Assembly (NCBI GenBank): GCA_007133495.1
Contig: SLMS01000119.1
Coordinates: forward strand, 1-25,151
Source: Candidatus Sumerlaeota bacterium
Lineage (GTDB): Bacteria > Sumerlaeota > Sumerlaeia > SLMS01
Length of the DNA: 25,151 nt
Direction of reading: 5' to 3'
Shown here: positions 9,600 to 19,042 of the stretch, one piece after another
How positions within the stretch are numbered: the first letter of the stretch is position 1
Layout of the letters: each line of letters starts with the position of its first letter
Program-made: the position numbers and the translations under genes
The notes under the pieces: generated by a model
Database searches by the model: none
The model's input: only the letters and a program-made list of their open reading frames with translations
Told to the model about the DNA's origin: nothing

Positions 9600-11657
9600 T
9601 CAGGCGGGGGCGAGTTCCTCGCGCTGGAGCAACTCGGCATAGCGGCCGGATTTCTCCAGGAGCGAGCCGTGCGTGCCACGCTCGACGACCTCGCCACGCT
9701 CGAGCACCACGATCTCGTCCGCCTTGCGCACGGTGGAAAGCCGGTGGGCGATGACGATGACCGTGCGGTTGCGCATCAGCCGGTCAATGGCGTCCTGGAC
9801 GAGGGCCTCGGACTCGTTGTCGAGGGCACTTGTCGCCTCGTCAAAGACGAGAATGGGTGTGTTGGCGAGCAGGGCGCGGGCGATGGCGAGACGCTGGCGC
9901 TGCCCGCCGGAGAGCTGCCCGCCGCGCTCGCCGATGTGCGTGTCGTAGCCGAGCGGCATGCGCTCAATGAACTCGTGCGCATGGGCGGCGCGTGAGGCGG
10001 CCTCGACCTCCTCCAGCGTCGCGTCCACGCGCCCGTAACGAATGTTGTTCAGCACCGTGTCGGCGAAGAGAATCGTCTCCTGGGAGACGACGGCGATCTG
10101 CCGCCGGAGTGAGCGGAACGTGACGTCGCGTATATCGTGGCCGTCTATCAGGATGCGCCCGTCCGTGACGTCGTAGAAGCGCGGCAAGAGCCGGGCGACG
10201 GTGGATTTACCCGCGCCCGTCTTGCCGACGAGCGCCACCTTCCGGCCCTTCGGGATGACCAGGTCGAAGCTCTTGAGAGCCGGCTCCCCGCCCTTCTCGT
10301 AGGCGAACGAGACTTCCTGAAATTCGATCCTGGAGGCGAACGAGGGCAGGTCCCGCGCCCCGGACTTCTGAACGATGGCCGGCTGCATGTCGATGATCTC
10401 GAAGATGCGCTCGGCGCTCGCCAGTCCCTTCTGCGCCTTGATGAAGGTGTTGGAGATGCGCTTCACCGGCGGATAGAAGCGGCTCATGATCGCCAGATAG
10501 ACAAGGAACTCCGTCGGGCTCATCCCCGCGGCGTCGCTCTTGAGGATCAGATAGGCGCCCACGCAGACGACGATGGCCATGGCAATCGAGGCGGTGATTT
10601 CGACAAATGGCTCGCCGTAAAGACGCACGCGCTCGCGGCGTATCTGCCGCTGGGCGATGCGGCGGGTCATTTCGCTGAACTTTCGGATTTCGCGCCGCTC
10701 GCCGGCGAAGGCCTTCACGATCATCAGCCCCTGGATCGTCTCCTGGGTGAAGTCCAGGACCTTGGCCTCCTCCTCCTCGTCGCGCCGGCCCATCTTGCGC
10801 AGCCGGCGCCCGAAGTAGCCTATCGGGAACACCACAAGCGGCAGCGCCACCATCGCGATCAGCGTGAGCTGCCAGTTCAGGATGAACATGGCGACGATCA
10901 GGAACAGGATCGTGATCGGCTGCAGCAGCACGTCACCCACCATGCTGGTGAAGACCTGGCGGACGGCGCGCATGTCGTTGTTCAGGCGGGAGATCAGGTC
11001 CCCACTCGTGAGTTTCTGGAACTGCGGCAGGTCCAACGCCAGGCAACGCCGGTAAAGGTCCTTCTTCATGCGCAGGACTGCGAGGAAGAACGACCTTTGC
11101 AGGACGTAGCGCGAGAGGAACTGCAGCAGGCTTTTGATCACCTGCGCGCCGACCAGGATGCCGGCCATGATGTAGATGACGCGCTCCTGCTGGTCCAGGA
11201 CCCATGCGGTCCATCGGTAGCGCAGTTCGTCCTTCTTCATTTCGATCCACGGTTCGAAACGGAGAAAGACGTTCGGCTGTGTTTCGACCCGGCCGGCCAG
11301 CTCGTCGATCCGGTCGTCCACGGCCTGGAGCTTTTCCTCGGTCTTTTCGTCGAAGATAACGTCCAGAACCGGGATGAGCGCCATGAGGTTCAGCGCCGTC
11401 AGGAAACCCGCCACCACCCCGACCGCCAGGGCGCCGATGATGTGTGTGCGGTAGGTGCGGGCATAGACGAGGACCCGCCGCACCGTGGCCCAATCCGACA
11501 GGCTGAGCCGGCGCTTGCCCCGCCGTTCGTCCCCACCTTCGGCGGGATTGCCGTTTTTCAGTTCAAGGGACAACTCGTCATCCTGGTGCCGGAGGGCAGA
11601 TTGGTGGCACGACTTGACCGCCCGGTAGGTAAAACTGACCGGAAGGCACCCGGTCAA
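9600..11657 (-). CDS. ABC exporter, MsbA/lipid-A-flippase-like, with the permease and ATPase fused in one polypeptide. The N-terminus is uncertain because the ORF start is TTG.
   Basis: The N-terminal region LSDWATVRRVLVYARTYRT matches the MsbA N-terminus. There are six TM segments. The C-terminal NBD carries Walker A GKTGAGKST, signature LSGGQRQRLAIARAL and Walker B ILVFDEATSALD. An unusual insertion of about 55 aa, rich in charged and coiled-coil-like residues, lies between TM1 and TM2. Confidence 0.93.
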   Translation of the reverse strand: MTGCLPVSFTYRAVKSCHQSALRHQDDELSLELKNGNPAEGGDERRGKRRLSLSDWATVRRVLVYARTYRTHIIGALAVGVVAGFLTALNLMALIPVLDVIFDEKTEEKLQAVDDRIDELAGRVETQPNVFLRFEPWIEMKKDELRYRWTAWVLDQQERVIYIMAGILVGAQVIKSLLQFLSRYVLQRSFFLAVLRMKKDLYRRCLALDLPQFQKLTSGDLISRLNNDMRAVRQVFTSMVGDVLLQPITILFLIVAMFILNWQLTLIAMVALPLVVFPIGYFGRRLRKMGRRDEEEEAKVLDFTQETIQGLMIVKAFAGERREIRKFSEMTRRIAQRQIRRERVRLYGEPFVEITASIAMAIVVCVGAYLILKSDAAGMSPTEFLVYLAIMSRFYPPVKRISNTFIKAQKGLASAERIFEIIDMQPAIVQKSGARDLPSFASRIEFQEVSFAYEKGGEPALKSFDLVIPKGRKVALVGKTGAGKSTVARLLPRFYDVTDGRILIDGHDIRDVTFRSLRRQIAVVSQETILFADTVLNNIRYGRVDATLEEVEAASRAAHAHEFIERMPLGYDTHIGERGGQLSGGQRQRLAIARALLANTPILVFDEATSALDNESEALVQDAIDRLMRNRTVIVIAHRLSTVRKADEIVVLERGEVVERGTHGSLLEKSGRYAELLQREELAPA

Positions 11658-11713
11658 CCGTGACTCGAGGCCGAGAGTAGGGGGATGTGGACTTTTCGCG
11701 TCAAGGCCTGGAG

Positions 11714-11746
11714 CCTCCCGCCGGCCGGTTTCCCGCTGGCGGGAGG
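11714..11746 (-). terminator. Perfect 9-bp GC stem hairpin (CCTCCCGCC ... GGCGGGAGG, 15-nt loop) immediately downstream of the SPFH stop and upstream of the ABC exporter start. It may be an intergenic attenuator or partial terminator.
   Basis: Read directly from the sequence. There is no strong U-tract, so a canonical intrinsic terminator is not certain. Confidence 0.35.
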
Positions 11747-11756
11747 TCCATGCGCT

Positions 11757-12752
11757 TTACTCCTCGGGCTGGGCGTGCGGAGTGTGGCGGCTGGGCCGGC
11801 GCTCTCTCTGTTGTTCGGGGGGCGGCGGGGCGGAGACCTGCTCGCGGGCGGCACGCCGCTCTTCCTCCCAGTCCTCGTCCCGGATTTCCGAGGAGGACTG
11901 CCGGTGTTCGTCCACGGTGATGTTGCCAACCATGATCGAGTCGCGCACCTGCTGGCTGAGGTCGGAGAGCGTCCCCGGGGTGTGAGGCATGAGGATGGTC
12001 GTGGAGCGGCTCGTCAAGCCGATGTCCTTGAGCGTGTCGAAGTACTGCGTCATCAGGACGAGCTGCATCACGTCGTTGCTGGTCGCCCCGGGCACCCCGC
12101 GCTGGAACTCCTCGACGCTGGCGCGCAGGCCCTCGACGATGGCCTTGCGCTGGCCGGCGATGCCTTTGCCTTGGAGGATCTTCGACTCCGCCTCGCCCTG
12201 GGCCTGCTTGACTTTCAGGATTTTCTCCGCCTCGCCGCGCTCTTCGGAAGCCTTCCGCAGGCGCTGCGCCGCGTTGATCTCGTTCATGGCGGACTTCACG
12301 CGCGCGTCCGGGTCGATGTCGTTTACCAACGCCCGCACGATCCCGTACCCGTATTGGGTCATCGTGTCGGAGAGGCCCTCCTTCACCGAGTTGGCGATGA
12401 AGTCCTTGTTCTGGAACACCTCGTCCAGCGTCATCGAGGGCACGGCCGAGCGCACCTCGTCGAAGACGTAGGACTCGATCTGCATGAAAGGGTTCGACAG
12501 GCGGTAGAACGCCTCCCGCACCCGGTCCGGGATGACGTAATACTGCACGGCGATGAGCAGCCGGACGAACACGTCGTCCTGGGTTTTGGTCTCCACGTTG
12601 ACCTGCAACTCCTGGATGCGGAGCGACAGGCGCCCCGCCACCCGCTCCCAGGGCATCTTGAACTGCAGGCCCGAGTTGGCAATCCGGTTGAAACGGCCGA
12701 AGGATTCGACGATGGCGGCGGTCTGTTCCCTGACGATGAAGAAGAAGAGCAT
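11757..12752 (-). CDS. SPFH/band-7 domain protein (stomatin/prohibitin/HflK-C superfamily).
   Basis: ATG at 12750-12752. The N-terminus IVREQTAAIVESFGRF is typical of SPFH. It is followed by a long charged coiled-coil region and an acidic C-terminus. It lies 100 bp upstream of, and on the same strand as, the ABC exporter. Confidence 0.88.
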   Translation of the reverse strand: MLFFFIVREQTAAIVESFGRFNRIANSGLQFKMPWERVAGRLSLRIQELQVNVETKTQDDVFVRLLIAVQYYVIPDRVREAFYRLSNPFMQIESYVFDEVRSAVPSMTLDEVFQNKDFIANSVKEGLSDTMTQYGYGIVRALVNDIDPDARVKSAMNEINAAQRLRKASEERGEAEKILKVKQAQGEAESKILQGKGIAGQRKAIVEGLRASVEEFQRGVPGATSNDVMQLVLMTQYFDTLKDIGLTSRSTTILMPHTPGTLSDLSQQVRDSIMVGNITVDEHRQSSSEIRDEDWEEERRAAREQVSAPPPPEQQRERRPSRHTPHAQPEE

Positions 12753-13520
12753 GGCGGCCCTTGCCTCCCTTTTGGGGTGAAATTTCCCGTTTGTTCCACC
12801 TGAGACTACGCGAAACCTGACGGATTATTCCCCTCCGGGCAAGGGATAGCTTGCACGGCGGTCCCTTCGGAGCAGGACGTTTCCGTTCTCGACTATCCCC
12901 ATCCCCTGGCTCGATGGCCACAGACTTTGGGGTTATCCGCAGATTCCGCAGATTCTCGCAGATTTAGCCTCCCTGGGCACACGGCACCAGGCATCAACCC
13001 CCATCGGCGTGAATCGGTGAAATCGGCGGATGATTCTCTACGGCCGCAGCCCGCCACGTGGTCGAGCAGCAGAACGGAAACGCCCTGAACCGCAGCACCC
13101 CCCTGGGACCGCCAAACTCCCGTTTGGCGCTTCTCCTCCGCGAACGACCGCAGCACAGAGAACCCCCATTCCTCTCGGGTTTATCTTTCAGAGGCAGGCA
13201 GGTGTCGCGCTCCGAGGACCCCGCCGAGGGGTCCAAGATGATAGCCGGTGGTTGAGCGAAGCGACACCACCGGTAACCGGGACGAAGGTACCCACGACCC
13301 CGGCAGGCGGTCGCAGCCAATTGGACGACCGGAATCGGAGAACGGAAAACATCCTGCTCTTCGGTGTGCAACTCGGCGCCGTCCCCCGCCGTTCGTTGGC
13401 ACCCCCCAAGTGCTTGCAGGCAAGCCTGCTGCACAAAGGCGGCGGCAAGCCGCACGCACTTCAGGGGGACGCGGCACCCCCGGCATGAGGGTCCGGCAGC
13501 AACGCCGGGATACGCCCGGC

Positions 13521-14339
13521 CTATGCCACGCCGGTGACGATGAGAATCCAGGTCGTGAGAATGTAGTCGAAGATCAGAATGAGGATCAGCGTGCTCACGA
13601 CGCTGTTCGTCGTGGCCCGCCCCACCCCGGCCGCACCCCCCGAGGTGAAGAACCCGTAAAAGCACCCCGTCAGCGCGATGATCATCCCGAAGATGATCGT
13701 CTTGAACAGCCCGCCGTAAACGTCCTCCAAGTACGCAAACCTCAGCGTGATATGGTAGTAGGACAGGGGATCGATGTTCAGCGAGGTCGCCCCGACGACC
13801 ATCCCGCCCAGAAAGCCGGTCACCAGGCAAAGCGCGCTGATCAACGGCAACATGACCGTCATCGCGATCAGCCGGGGCACCGCGAGGTACCGCACCGGGT
13901 CCACGTTGAGCGTGTCCATGGCGTCGAGCTGCTCGGTCACCTTCATCGTGCCGATCTCCGCCGTGATGGAGGCCGCCACCCGCGCCCCGACCACGATCGC
14001 CACGAAGGCCGGCACCATCTCCCGCGCGTTGGCGATGAAAGAAATGCCCGGCACGTAGCCCTTCGCGCCGAACTTGGCCAACTGCACCCCCGTCTGCAGC
14101 ACCATCACCATGCCGACGAAGATGCTGGTCAACACGGCGATCGGGAGCGAACGGATGCCAATGACGATGCACTGCTCCGCCACGGCCCGCAGCCTCCACG
14201 GAGGGGTCAGCGTCCTGCACAGCACGGCCCACACGAAACGGCCGTACTGGCCGTTCAGTTCAAGGAACCGGAGGGCCAATTCGCCCGTTCGCAACACGAA
14301 GGTGGGATAAGTAATACCAGTGTCGGCAGTTTTTTTCAT
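13521..14339 (-). CDS. mlaE: MlaE/YrbE-family ABC permease (phospholipid/Mce-type transporter permease).
   Basis: 272 aa with the multi-TM MlaE architecture (FVWAVL..., IAVLTSIFVGMVMVLQ, AIVVGARVAASITAEIGTMKVTEQLDAM). ATG at 14337-14339. No MlaF, MlaD or Mce gene lies adjacent to it. Confidence 0.88.
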   Translation of the reverse strand: MKKTADTGITYPTFVLRTGELALRFLELNGQYGRFVWAVLCRTLTPPWRLRAVAEQCIVIGIRSLPIAVLTSIFVGMVMVLQTGVQLAKFGAKGYVPGISFIANAREMVPAFVAIVVGARVAASITAEIGTMKVTEQLDAMDTLNVDPVRYLAVPRLIAMTVMLPLISALCLVTGFLGGMVVGATSLNIDPLSYYHITLRFAYLEDVYGGLFKTIIFGMIIALTGCFYGFFTSGGAAGVGRATTNSVVSTLILILIFDYILTTWILIVTGVA

Positions 14340-14610
14340 TTTCCGTCAGAACCAGCTGGCAAACCGATGATGTTCGCAATTGACAGGACACGGCTGTGTC
14401 CGCAGCAAGTACCCGCAATTGGCCCCCCTTACGCAATGCCGATCATCGGCTCAGAGATTGGAGACGCGGCAACAAAGTTCACGGACCGAAGCCAGCCGAA
14501 CCCGGAGCCCCCCCTCTCCGGGAAAAAGCTCACCATGACGGTTTCCGCCGCGGAAGACATCGTGCGACAGGAGAGAGGGAACCCTGCATACGGGCCAGCA
14601 GAGCGAGAGA

Positions 14611-15270
14611 ATGAATAGAGGCAGCTTTACAATGAGCCGGGGTGCGGCCCCGGGCAGGGGACGGCGGGCCCTGACGCTGTTCGAGCTGGCCGTTGTCCTC
14701 CTCATTGCCGGCACGCTGGTCGCCCTGATCGGCATCTCCGCCCAGGGGATTTTCACGCGCACCACCGTCAGCCGCATCCAGCACGACCATCAGATGATCG
14801 CCCGGGCGCTTGAGAACTACATGCTCGACTACGGCAAGCTCCCGCCGGCCGCCCTCGGCCTCGAAGCCCTCACCCGCCCCACCGCTTACCTGGGCAAGGT
14901 TCCCGTGGACCCCTTTCAGGACGGTAAGACCCCCTACCTTTACCTCCCCGTGGACCACCCGGACCTGGCCTACATTCTCGTCAGCCCCGGACCGAACGGC
15001 CGTTTCGACATGCCCGCCGAGCTGAAGAGCCATGCCAGCCCCCTCCGCCGGGCGGCTGGTGAGACCACGTCCTCCTCCAGCTCCATCATAGCCTTCACCC
15101 AACAAGAGCAAGAGTCCCTGAGGATCATCGGCCAGGTGCCCGGAGCGCAGACCTCGCCCCCCGAACTCAGCGAAGTGGAAATGGCCATCCTGCGCACCTA
15201 CCTCATCCTCGGCCGCTACGATCCGGAGAAAGGCGGCGACGGCGACATCATCCACGCCGCCCGGCACTGA
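14611..15270 (+). CDS. Prepilin-type N-terminal cleavage/methylation domain protein (type II secretion/type IV pilus pseudopilin-like).
   Basis: RRALTLFELAVVLLIAGTLVALI matches the class-III signal plus methylation motif (G/A-F-T-L-I-E-L). The start may be the internal Met 8 at 14632. This is a single pseudopilin with no other T2SS/T4P genes in the window. Confidence 0.75.
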   Translation: MNRGSFTMSRGAAPGRGRRALTLFELAVVLLIAGTLVALIGISAQGIFTRTTVSRIQHDHQMIARALENYMLDYGKLPPAALGLEALTRPTAYLGKVPVDPFQDGKTPYLYLPVDHPDLAYILVSPGPNGRFDMPAELKSHASPLRRAAGETTSSSSSIIAFTQQEQESLRIIGQVPGAQTSPPELSEVEMAILRTYLILGRYDPEKGGDGDIIHAARH

Positions 15271-15460
15271 ATCCGCACCGCCCCACAGCGCGCCGCAGCA
15301 GCGGCCCGGGAAAAACCTTGCCCCGAAAGCGAGCACTTTCAGAGTGTTGGGGGCTCCCCGGAGTCCTTCTCCCGGGCGGGAAGGGACCCGTGAACGGACC
15401 GGCCGCCTGCAAACGCACCAACCGGTTTTCCACACCGGAAAACGACTGAGGTAGCGCCCA

Positions 15461-15988
15461 ATGCCAGTGAAGAAAACCGAGCCGCTGGGCACCAAGCTCA
15501 GCCGGGAAGACATCGAGCGGCTGATCGATGTCATCCACGACAAGCAGATCGAGGAGTTCGAGCTGGAGCAGGGAGGCATGCGGGTCCGGATCGTCTCTCA
15601 CCGCCCGGAGATGCCCCCCGTTTCGGGCAACCACCACCCGCCAGCCGTCACGGTCGAGGGCCCGGCACCCACCGCTCCCGCTCCACAGACCTCCATCACA
15701 GGCACCTCCTCCACCCCGAGGACAGAGTCCGAGAAGGAAGACCCAAGGCTCCGCAAGGTCGTCTCCCCCATGGTGGGGACATTCTACCGCTCGCCCTCCC
15801 CAGGGTCCAAATCCTACGTGGAGGTCGGCGACAAGGTGGACGACGACAGCATCCTGTGCATCATCGAAGCAATGAAGCTCATGAACGAGATCAAGGCGGA
15901 GTGCACCGGAGTGGTGAAGAAAATCGTGGCAGAGAACGGCCAGCCGGTGGAGTACGGTCAGGTGCTCTTCCTGATCGACCCCGCCTGA
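15461..15988 (+). CDS. accB: Acetyl-CoA carboxylase biotin carboxyl carrier protein.
   Basis: Ala/Pro-rich linker. C-terminal biotinyl domain with the EAMKLMNEI (AMKM) biotinylation motif. GAGG Shine-Dalgarno 10 bp upstream of the ATG. Confidence 0.95.
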   Translation: MPVKKTEPLGTKLSREDIERLIDVIHDKQIEEFELEQGGMRVRIVSHRPEMPPVSGNHHPPAVTVEGPAPTAPAPQTSITGTSSTPRTESEKEDPRLRKVVSPMVGTFYRSPSPGSKSYVEVGDKVDDDSILCIIEAMKLMNEIKAECTGVVKKIVAENGQPVEYGQVLFLIDPA

Positions 15989-16002
15989 GGGGGTGACCCG
16001 GC

Positions 16003-17394
16003 GTGTTCGAAAAAATCCTCGTGGCCAACCGTGGCGAGATCGCCCTCCGGGTGATCCGCGCCTGCCGTGAGCTGGGCATCGCCACCGTGGCGGTCTATAG
16101 CGAAGCGGACAAGTACTCCCTGCACGTGCACGCCGCGGACGAGGCGCTGTGCATCGGGCCGGCGCCGGCGACGCAAAGCTACCTCAACGTCGCGCGCATC
16201 ATCGCCGCCGCAGAAGTCACCGGCGCGGACGCCATCCATCCGGGCTACGGCTTCCTGGCGGAAAACGCGCGCTTTTCGGAAATCTGCGCGGACTGCAACA
16301 TCGCCTTCATCGGCCCAAACGCCGAGACAATCAACCGCATGGGCGATAAGAGCATCGCGAAGGCAACCGCCCAAGCCGCCGGCTGCCCCGTGGTCCCCGG
16401 AAGCGACGGCGCCGTGAACGACCCGCGCGAGGCCATGCGCCTGGCCCGGAAGATCGGCTACCCCGTGATGATCAAGGCTTCGGCCGGTGGTGGCGGCCGC
16501 GGCATGCGCCTGGTGCGAGAAGAGGGACAGCTTCTCTCCAGCCTGGAGACCGCCTCCGCCGAGGCGGAAAGCTCCTTCAGCAACCCCGAAGTTTACCTGG
16601 AAAAGTGCATCGTCCGCCCCAAGCACGTGGAGATTCAGGTGTTGGGCGATGCGCACGGAAACACCATCCATCTCGGCGAGCGCGACTGCTCCATCCAGCG
16701 CCGGCACCAGAAGCTGCTTGAGGAGGCACCCTGCCCGGTGCTGACCGCCGAACTGCGCGAGCGCATGGGCGAGGCGGCCGTCCGCGCGGCAAAAGCGGTG
16801 AACTACTGTGGCGCCGGGACAGTCGAATTCCTCCTCGATGAGCACCAGCAGTATTACTTCATGGAAATGAACACCCGCATCCAGGTGGAACACCCGATCA
16901 CCGAGGAGGTGACGGGGGTGGACGTGGTGCGGGAGCAGATTCTCGCCGCCGCAGGCGAGAGGCTGACCGTCGGTCAGGATGACATCGAGTGGGATGGGCA
17001 CGCGATCGAGTGCCGGATCAACGCCGAAGACCCGGCGAACAACTTCATGCCCTGCCCCGGAAAGATCACCGCCTACATCCCCTCCGGCGGGCCCGGGGTA
17101 CGGGTCGATTCGCACTGCTACCCCGACTACGTCATTCCCCCCTTCTACGATTCGATGATCGCCAAGTTGATTGTGAAGGACGCCACCCGCGGGCGGGCGA
17201 TCGCGCGCATGCAGAGGGCATTGCGGGAGTTCATCGTCGAGGGCGTGAAGACAACGATCCCCTTCCATCTGGAAGTGATGGAAAACGCCTTGTTCCGGGG
17301 AGGGGATTTCGGGACGGATTTCCTCGAGGTCTGGAAGCAAGCCTCCCACGCCGGCCGGGCGCCGGAGCCAACACAACCGGCAGGAATCAACTGA
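16003..17394 (+). CDS. accC: Acetyl-CoA carboxylase biotin carboxylase subunit.
   Basis: [21 protein letters not shown]-terminus. ATP-grasp motifs are present. The length of 463 aa is typical. Confidence 0.97.
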   Translation: MFEKILVANRGEIALRVIRACRELGIATVAVYSEADKYSLHVHAADEALCIGPAPATQSYLNVARIIAAAEVTGADAIHPGYGFLAENARFSEICADCNIAFIGPNAETINRMGDKSIAKATAQAAGCPVVPGSDGAVNDPREAMRLARKIGYPVMIKASAGGGGRGMRLVREEGQLLSSLETASAEAESSFSNPEVYLEKCIVRPKHVEIQVLGDAHGNTIHLGERDCSIQRRHQKLLEEAPCPVLTAELRERMGEAAVRAAKAVNYCGAGTVEFLLDEHQQYYFMEMNTRIQVEHPITEEVTGVDVVREQILAAAGERLTVGQDDIEWDGHAIECRINAEDPANNFMPCPGKITAYIPSGGPGVRVDSHCYPDYVIPPFYDSMIAKLIVKDATRGRAIARMQRALREFIVEGVKTTIPFHLEVMENALFRGGDFGTDFLEVWKQASHAGRAPEPTQPAGIN

Positions 17395-17413
17395 GCAGGG
17401 AACGGAAAGCACG

Positions 17414-17848
17414 ATGGCGGAGCTGACGCAAAAGGAAGAAACCAGTGAACAACTCAGCCTCTATCCCACGGGCGCCGGGGCGCTGGGCAGCATCTTGATC
17501 AACCCGGACGTGATCGCCCGCATCGCCGGCATGGCCGTGGTGGAGATCGAAGGCGTCAGCCTCGGATCAAAGTTCACCCTGGCAGACATCCTCCCCGGCA
17601 AGGAACCCGTCCGCGGCATTCAGGTCACCCAAAACGACGAGGGGCGGTACAGCATCACCTGCGAGGTCAAGATGGCCTACCGCACCCCCATGCGTGAGAC
17701 CGCCCTGAAGCTCCAGCGCCACGTCAAGGAAACCGTCGAGCGCATGGCCGGGCTCGAACTCGATTCGGTGGACGTGAAGATCGTGGACATCTACGTGGAG
17801 AAACGCGAACGCGAACCGGCCGCCGACGAAACGACGCCGGAAGCCTGA
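17414..17848 (+). CDS. Asp23/Gls24-family (DUF322) alkaline-shock/envelope-stress protein.
   Basis: VIARIAGMAVVEIEGV and a C-terminal VDVKIVDIY are characteristic of Asp23. It sits 20 bp after the accC stop. The position corresponds to yqhY in the Bacillus accB-accC-yqhY operon. Confidence 0.85.
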   Translation: MAELTQKEETSEQLSLYPTGAGALGSILINPDVIARIAGMAVVEIEGVSLGSKFTLADILPGKEPVRGIQVTQNDEGRYSITCEVKMAYRTPMRETALKLQRHVKETVERMAGLELDSVDVKIVDIYVEKREREPAADETTPEA

Positions 17849-17876
17849 ACACCGGAAAGGCAACTGCCCCGACTCC

Positions 17877-18548
17877 GTGAGCCGCACCAACCAACTGACA
17901 CTCGTCACCGCATGCCGCTGGATACTGCTGGCAATCGGGCTGGTGCTGCTTCTCGCCTTCGGGGTCGATGTACTCTTCCAGACCGAACTCGTCCGCGGCG
18001 GCATGCGCGGCGTCATGGACTGGGTGCCGCTGGCGGAGATGGGCGAGGCGCCGCTGGTAGCCCTTGGCGCGCTGGCGCTCCTGCTGCCGCTGCTCTATGC
18101 GGCCGTCGCGCTGATGGAACACCGCCTTGAGCGCGGCATAGTCGGCAAGGGCAACGACGGGGAAAGCATCTGCCTCAAGCCCGAGGCGATCGAGCGCACC
18201 GTGCGCCGCGAAGTCCGCCATCAGGTGGAGGAGGTGCTCCGGGTTCTCTCCTGCCAGGTACGCCAGGGTGGCAAGGCACCCCACGTGGCTGTCCGCATCT
18301 CGGTCAGCGACCACGCCCCCGTCCCGCAAGTCCGCAAGAAGGTGCAGGACGTGGTGGCCGATACGCTCGAACGCCTGATCGGCTTTTCCAAAGGTTCGAA
18401 GATCGTGGTCCAGGTGCGCGAGATCGCCGACCCCTCCTCGGCCAAGGGCCGGCGCCTGCGCCACGAACCGGCCGGGCGGCACGCCCCCAAACCACACGAA
18501 GGAACCGCGGCACCCGCGGCGGCCAAGGATTCATCCTCCACCCCATGA
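17877..18548 (+). CDS. Membrane-anchored Asp23-like protein (AmaP-like). It has two N-terminal TM helices and an Asp23-fold C-terminal region.
   Basis: GTG start at 17877. TM segments are ILLAIGLVLLLAFGV and LVALGALALLLPLLYAAV. The C-terminal segment VAVRISVSDHAPVPQVRKKVQDVVADTLERLIGFSKGSKIVVQVREI resembles the Asp23 C-terminal half. Its stop overlaps the next gene's start (ATGA at 18545-18548). Confidence 0.5.
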   Translation: MSRTNQLTLVTACRWILLAIGLVLLLAFGVDVLFQTELVRGGMRGVMDWVPLAEMGEAPLVALGALALLLPLLYAAVALMEHRLERGIVGKGNDGESICLKPEAIERTVRREVRHQVEEVLRVLSCQVRQGGKAPHVAVRISVSDHAPVPQVRKKVQDVVADTLERLIGFSKGSKIVVQVREIADPSSAKGRRLRHEPAGRHAPKPHEGTAAPAAAKDSSSTP

Positions 18549-19042
18549 ACACCTCGTATGTTTATCCCCGCCTTGAGGGACTCGTCGCCCACATTGGGCG
18601 TATCCGCCGCGGCGGCGGAAAGATCGTCTTCACAAATGGAGTTTTCGACCTGTTCCACCTCGGGCACCTGGATTCGCTCCGGCGCGCCAAGGTGGAGGGC
18701 GACTTCCTCGTCGTCGGCGTGAACTCCGACGAGAGCGTGCGCCGGCTCAAGGGCCCCGGCCGGCCCATCCTGCCGCTGGACCAGCGCATGCGCGTCGTCG
18801 CGGCCATCGAATTCGTCAGCGCCGTCACTCCCTTCGATACGGACACGCCCGCCGAGCTGATCGAGGCAATCGCCCCGGACGTGCTGGTCAAGGGCGGCCA
18901 GTACGACATCCCGGACATCGTCGGCCACGAGGTTGTCCAGGCCCGCGGCGGCAGGGTCCTCTCGCTGCCGCTGCTGACCGGCTATTCCTCCACCGGCCTG
19001 ATTCAAATCATCAAGGAGCGCTTCACCGGCGAGCGGGCATGA
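18545..19042 (+). CDS. hldC: D-glycero-beta-D-manno-heptose-1-phosphate adenylyltransferase (stand-alone HldE domain II, RfaE2/HldC).
   Basis: The NGVFDLFHLGH nucleotidyltransferase HxGH motif is present. There is strong collinear similarity to E. coli HldE domain II (NSDESVRRLKGPGRPILPLDQRM...LVKGGQY). At 165 aa there is no kinase domain. Confidence 0.85.
   Translation: MNTSYVYPRLEGLVAHIGRIRRGGGKIVFTNGVFDLFHLGHLDSLRRAKVEGDFLVVGVNSDESVRRLKGPGRPILPLDQRMRVVAAIEFVSAVTPFDTDTPAELIEAIAPDVLVKGGQYDIPDIVGHEVVQARGGRVLSLPLLTGYSSTGLIQIIKERFTGERA

Noticed and set aside
10137-11663. 508-aa plus-strand ORF antisense to the ABC exporter.
   Set aside because: Arg/Asp/Gly/His-rich low-complexity translation with no recognisable motifs. 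It is typical of antisense ORFs in high-GC DNA, and the opposite strand encodes a clear ABC exporter.
13030-13488. 152-aa plus-strand ORF inside the long 12753-13520 intergenic region.
   Set aside because: Pro/Arg/Ala-rich composition, no start context, no motifs. More likely a non-coding regulatory or RNA region.
11701-14232. Large ORFs 11701-12921(-), 11685-12803(+), 12994-14232(-) and 13248-14618(+), overlapping the SPFH and mlaE genes.
   Set aside because: The alternative frames lack motifs. SPFH and MlaE are encoded in the remaining frames with clear family signatures.
14530-15579. 349-aa minus-strand ORF overlapping the pseudopilin and the accB start.
   Set aside because: Ser/Gly/Ala low-complexity sequence. 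The plus-strand pseudopilin has a canonical prepilin methylation motif.
15958-17412. 484-aa minus-strand ORF antisense to accC.
   Set aside because: accC on the plus strand is unambiguous. The antisense translation is low-complexity, rich in Gly, Arg, Ala and Asp.
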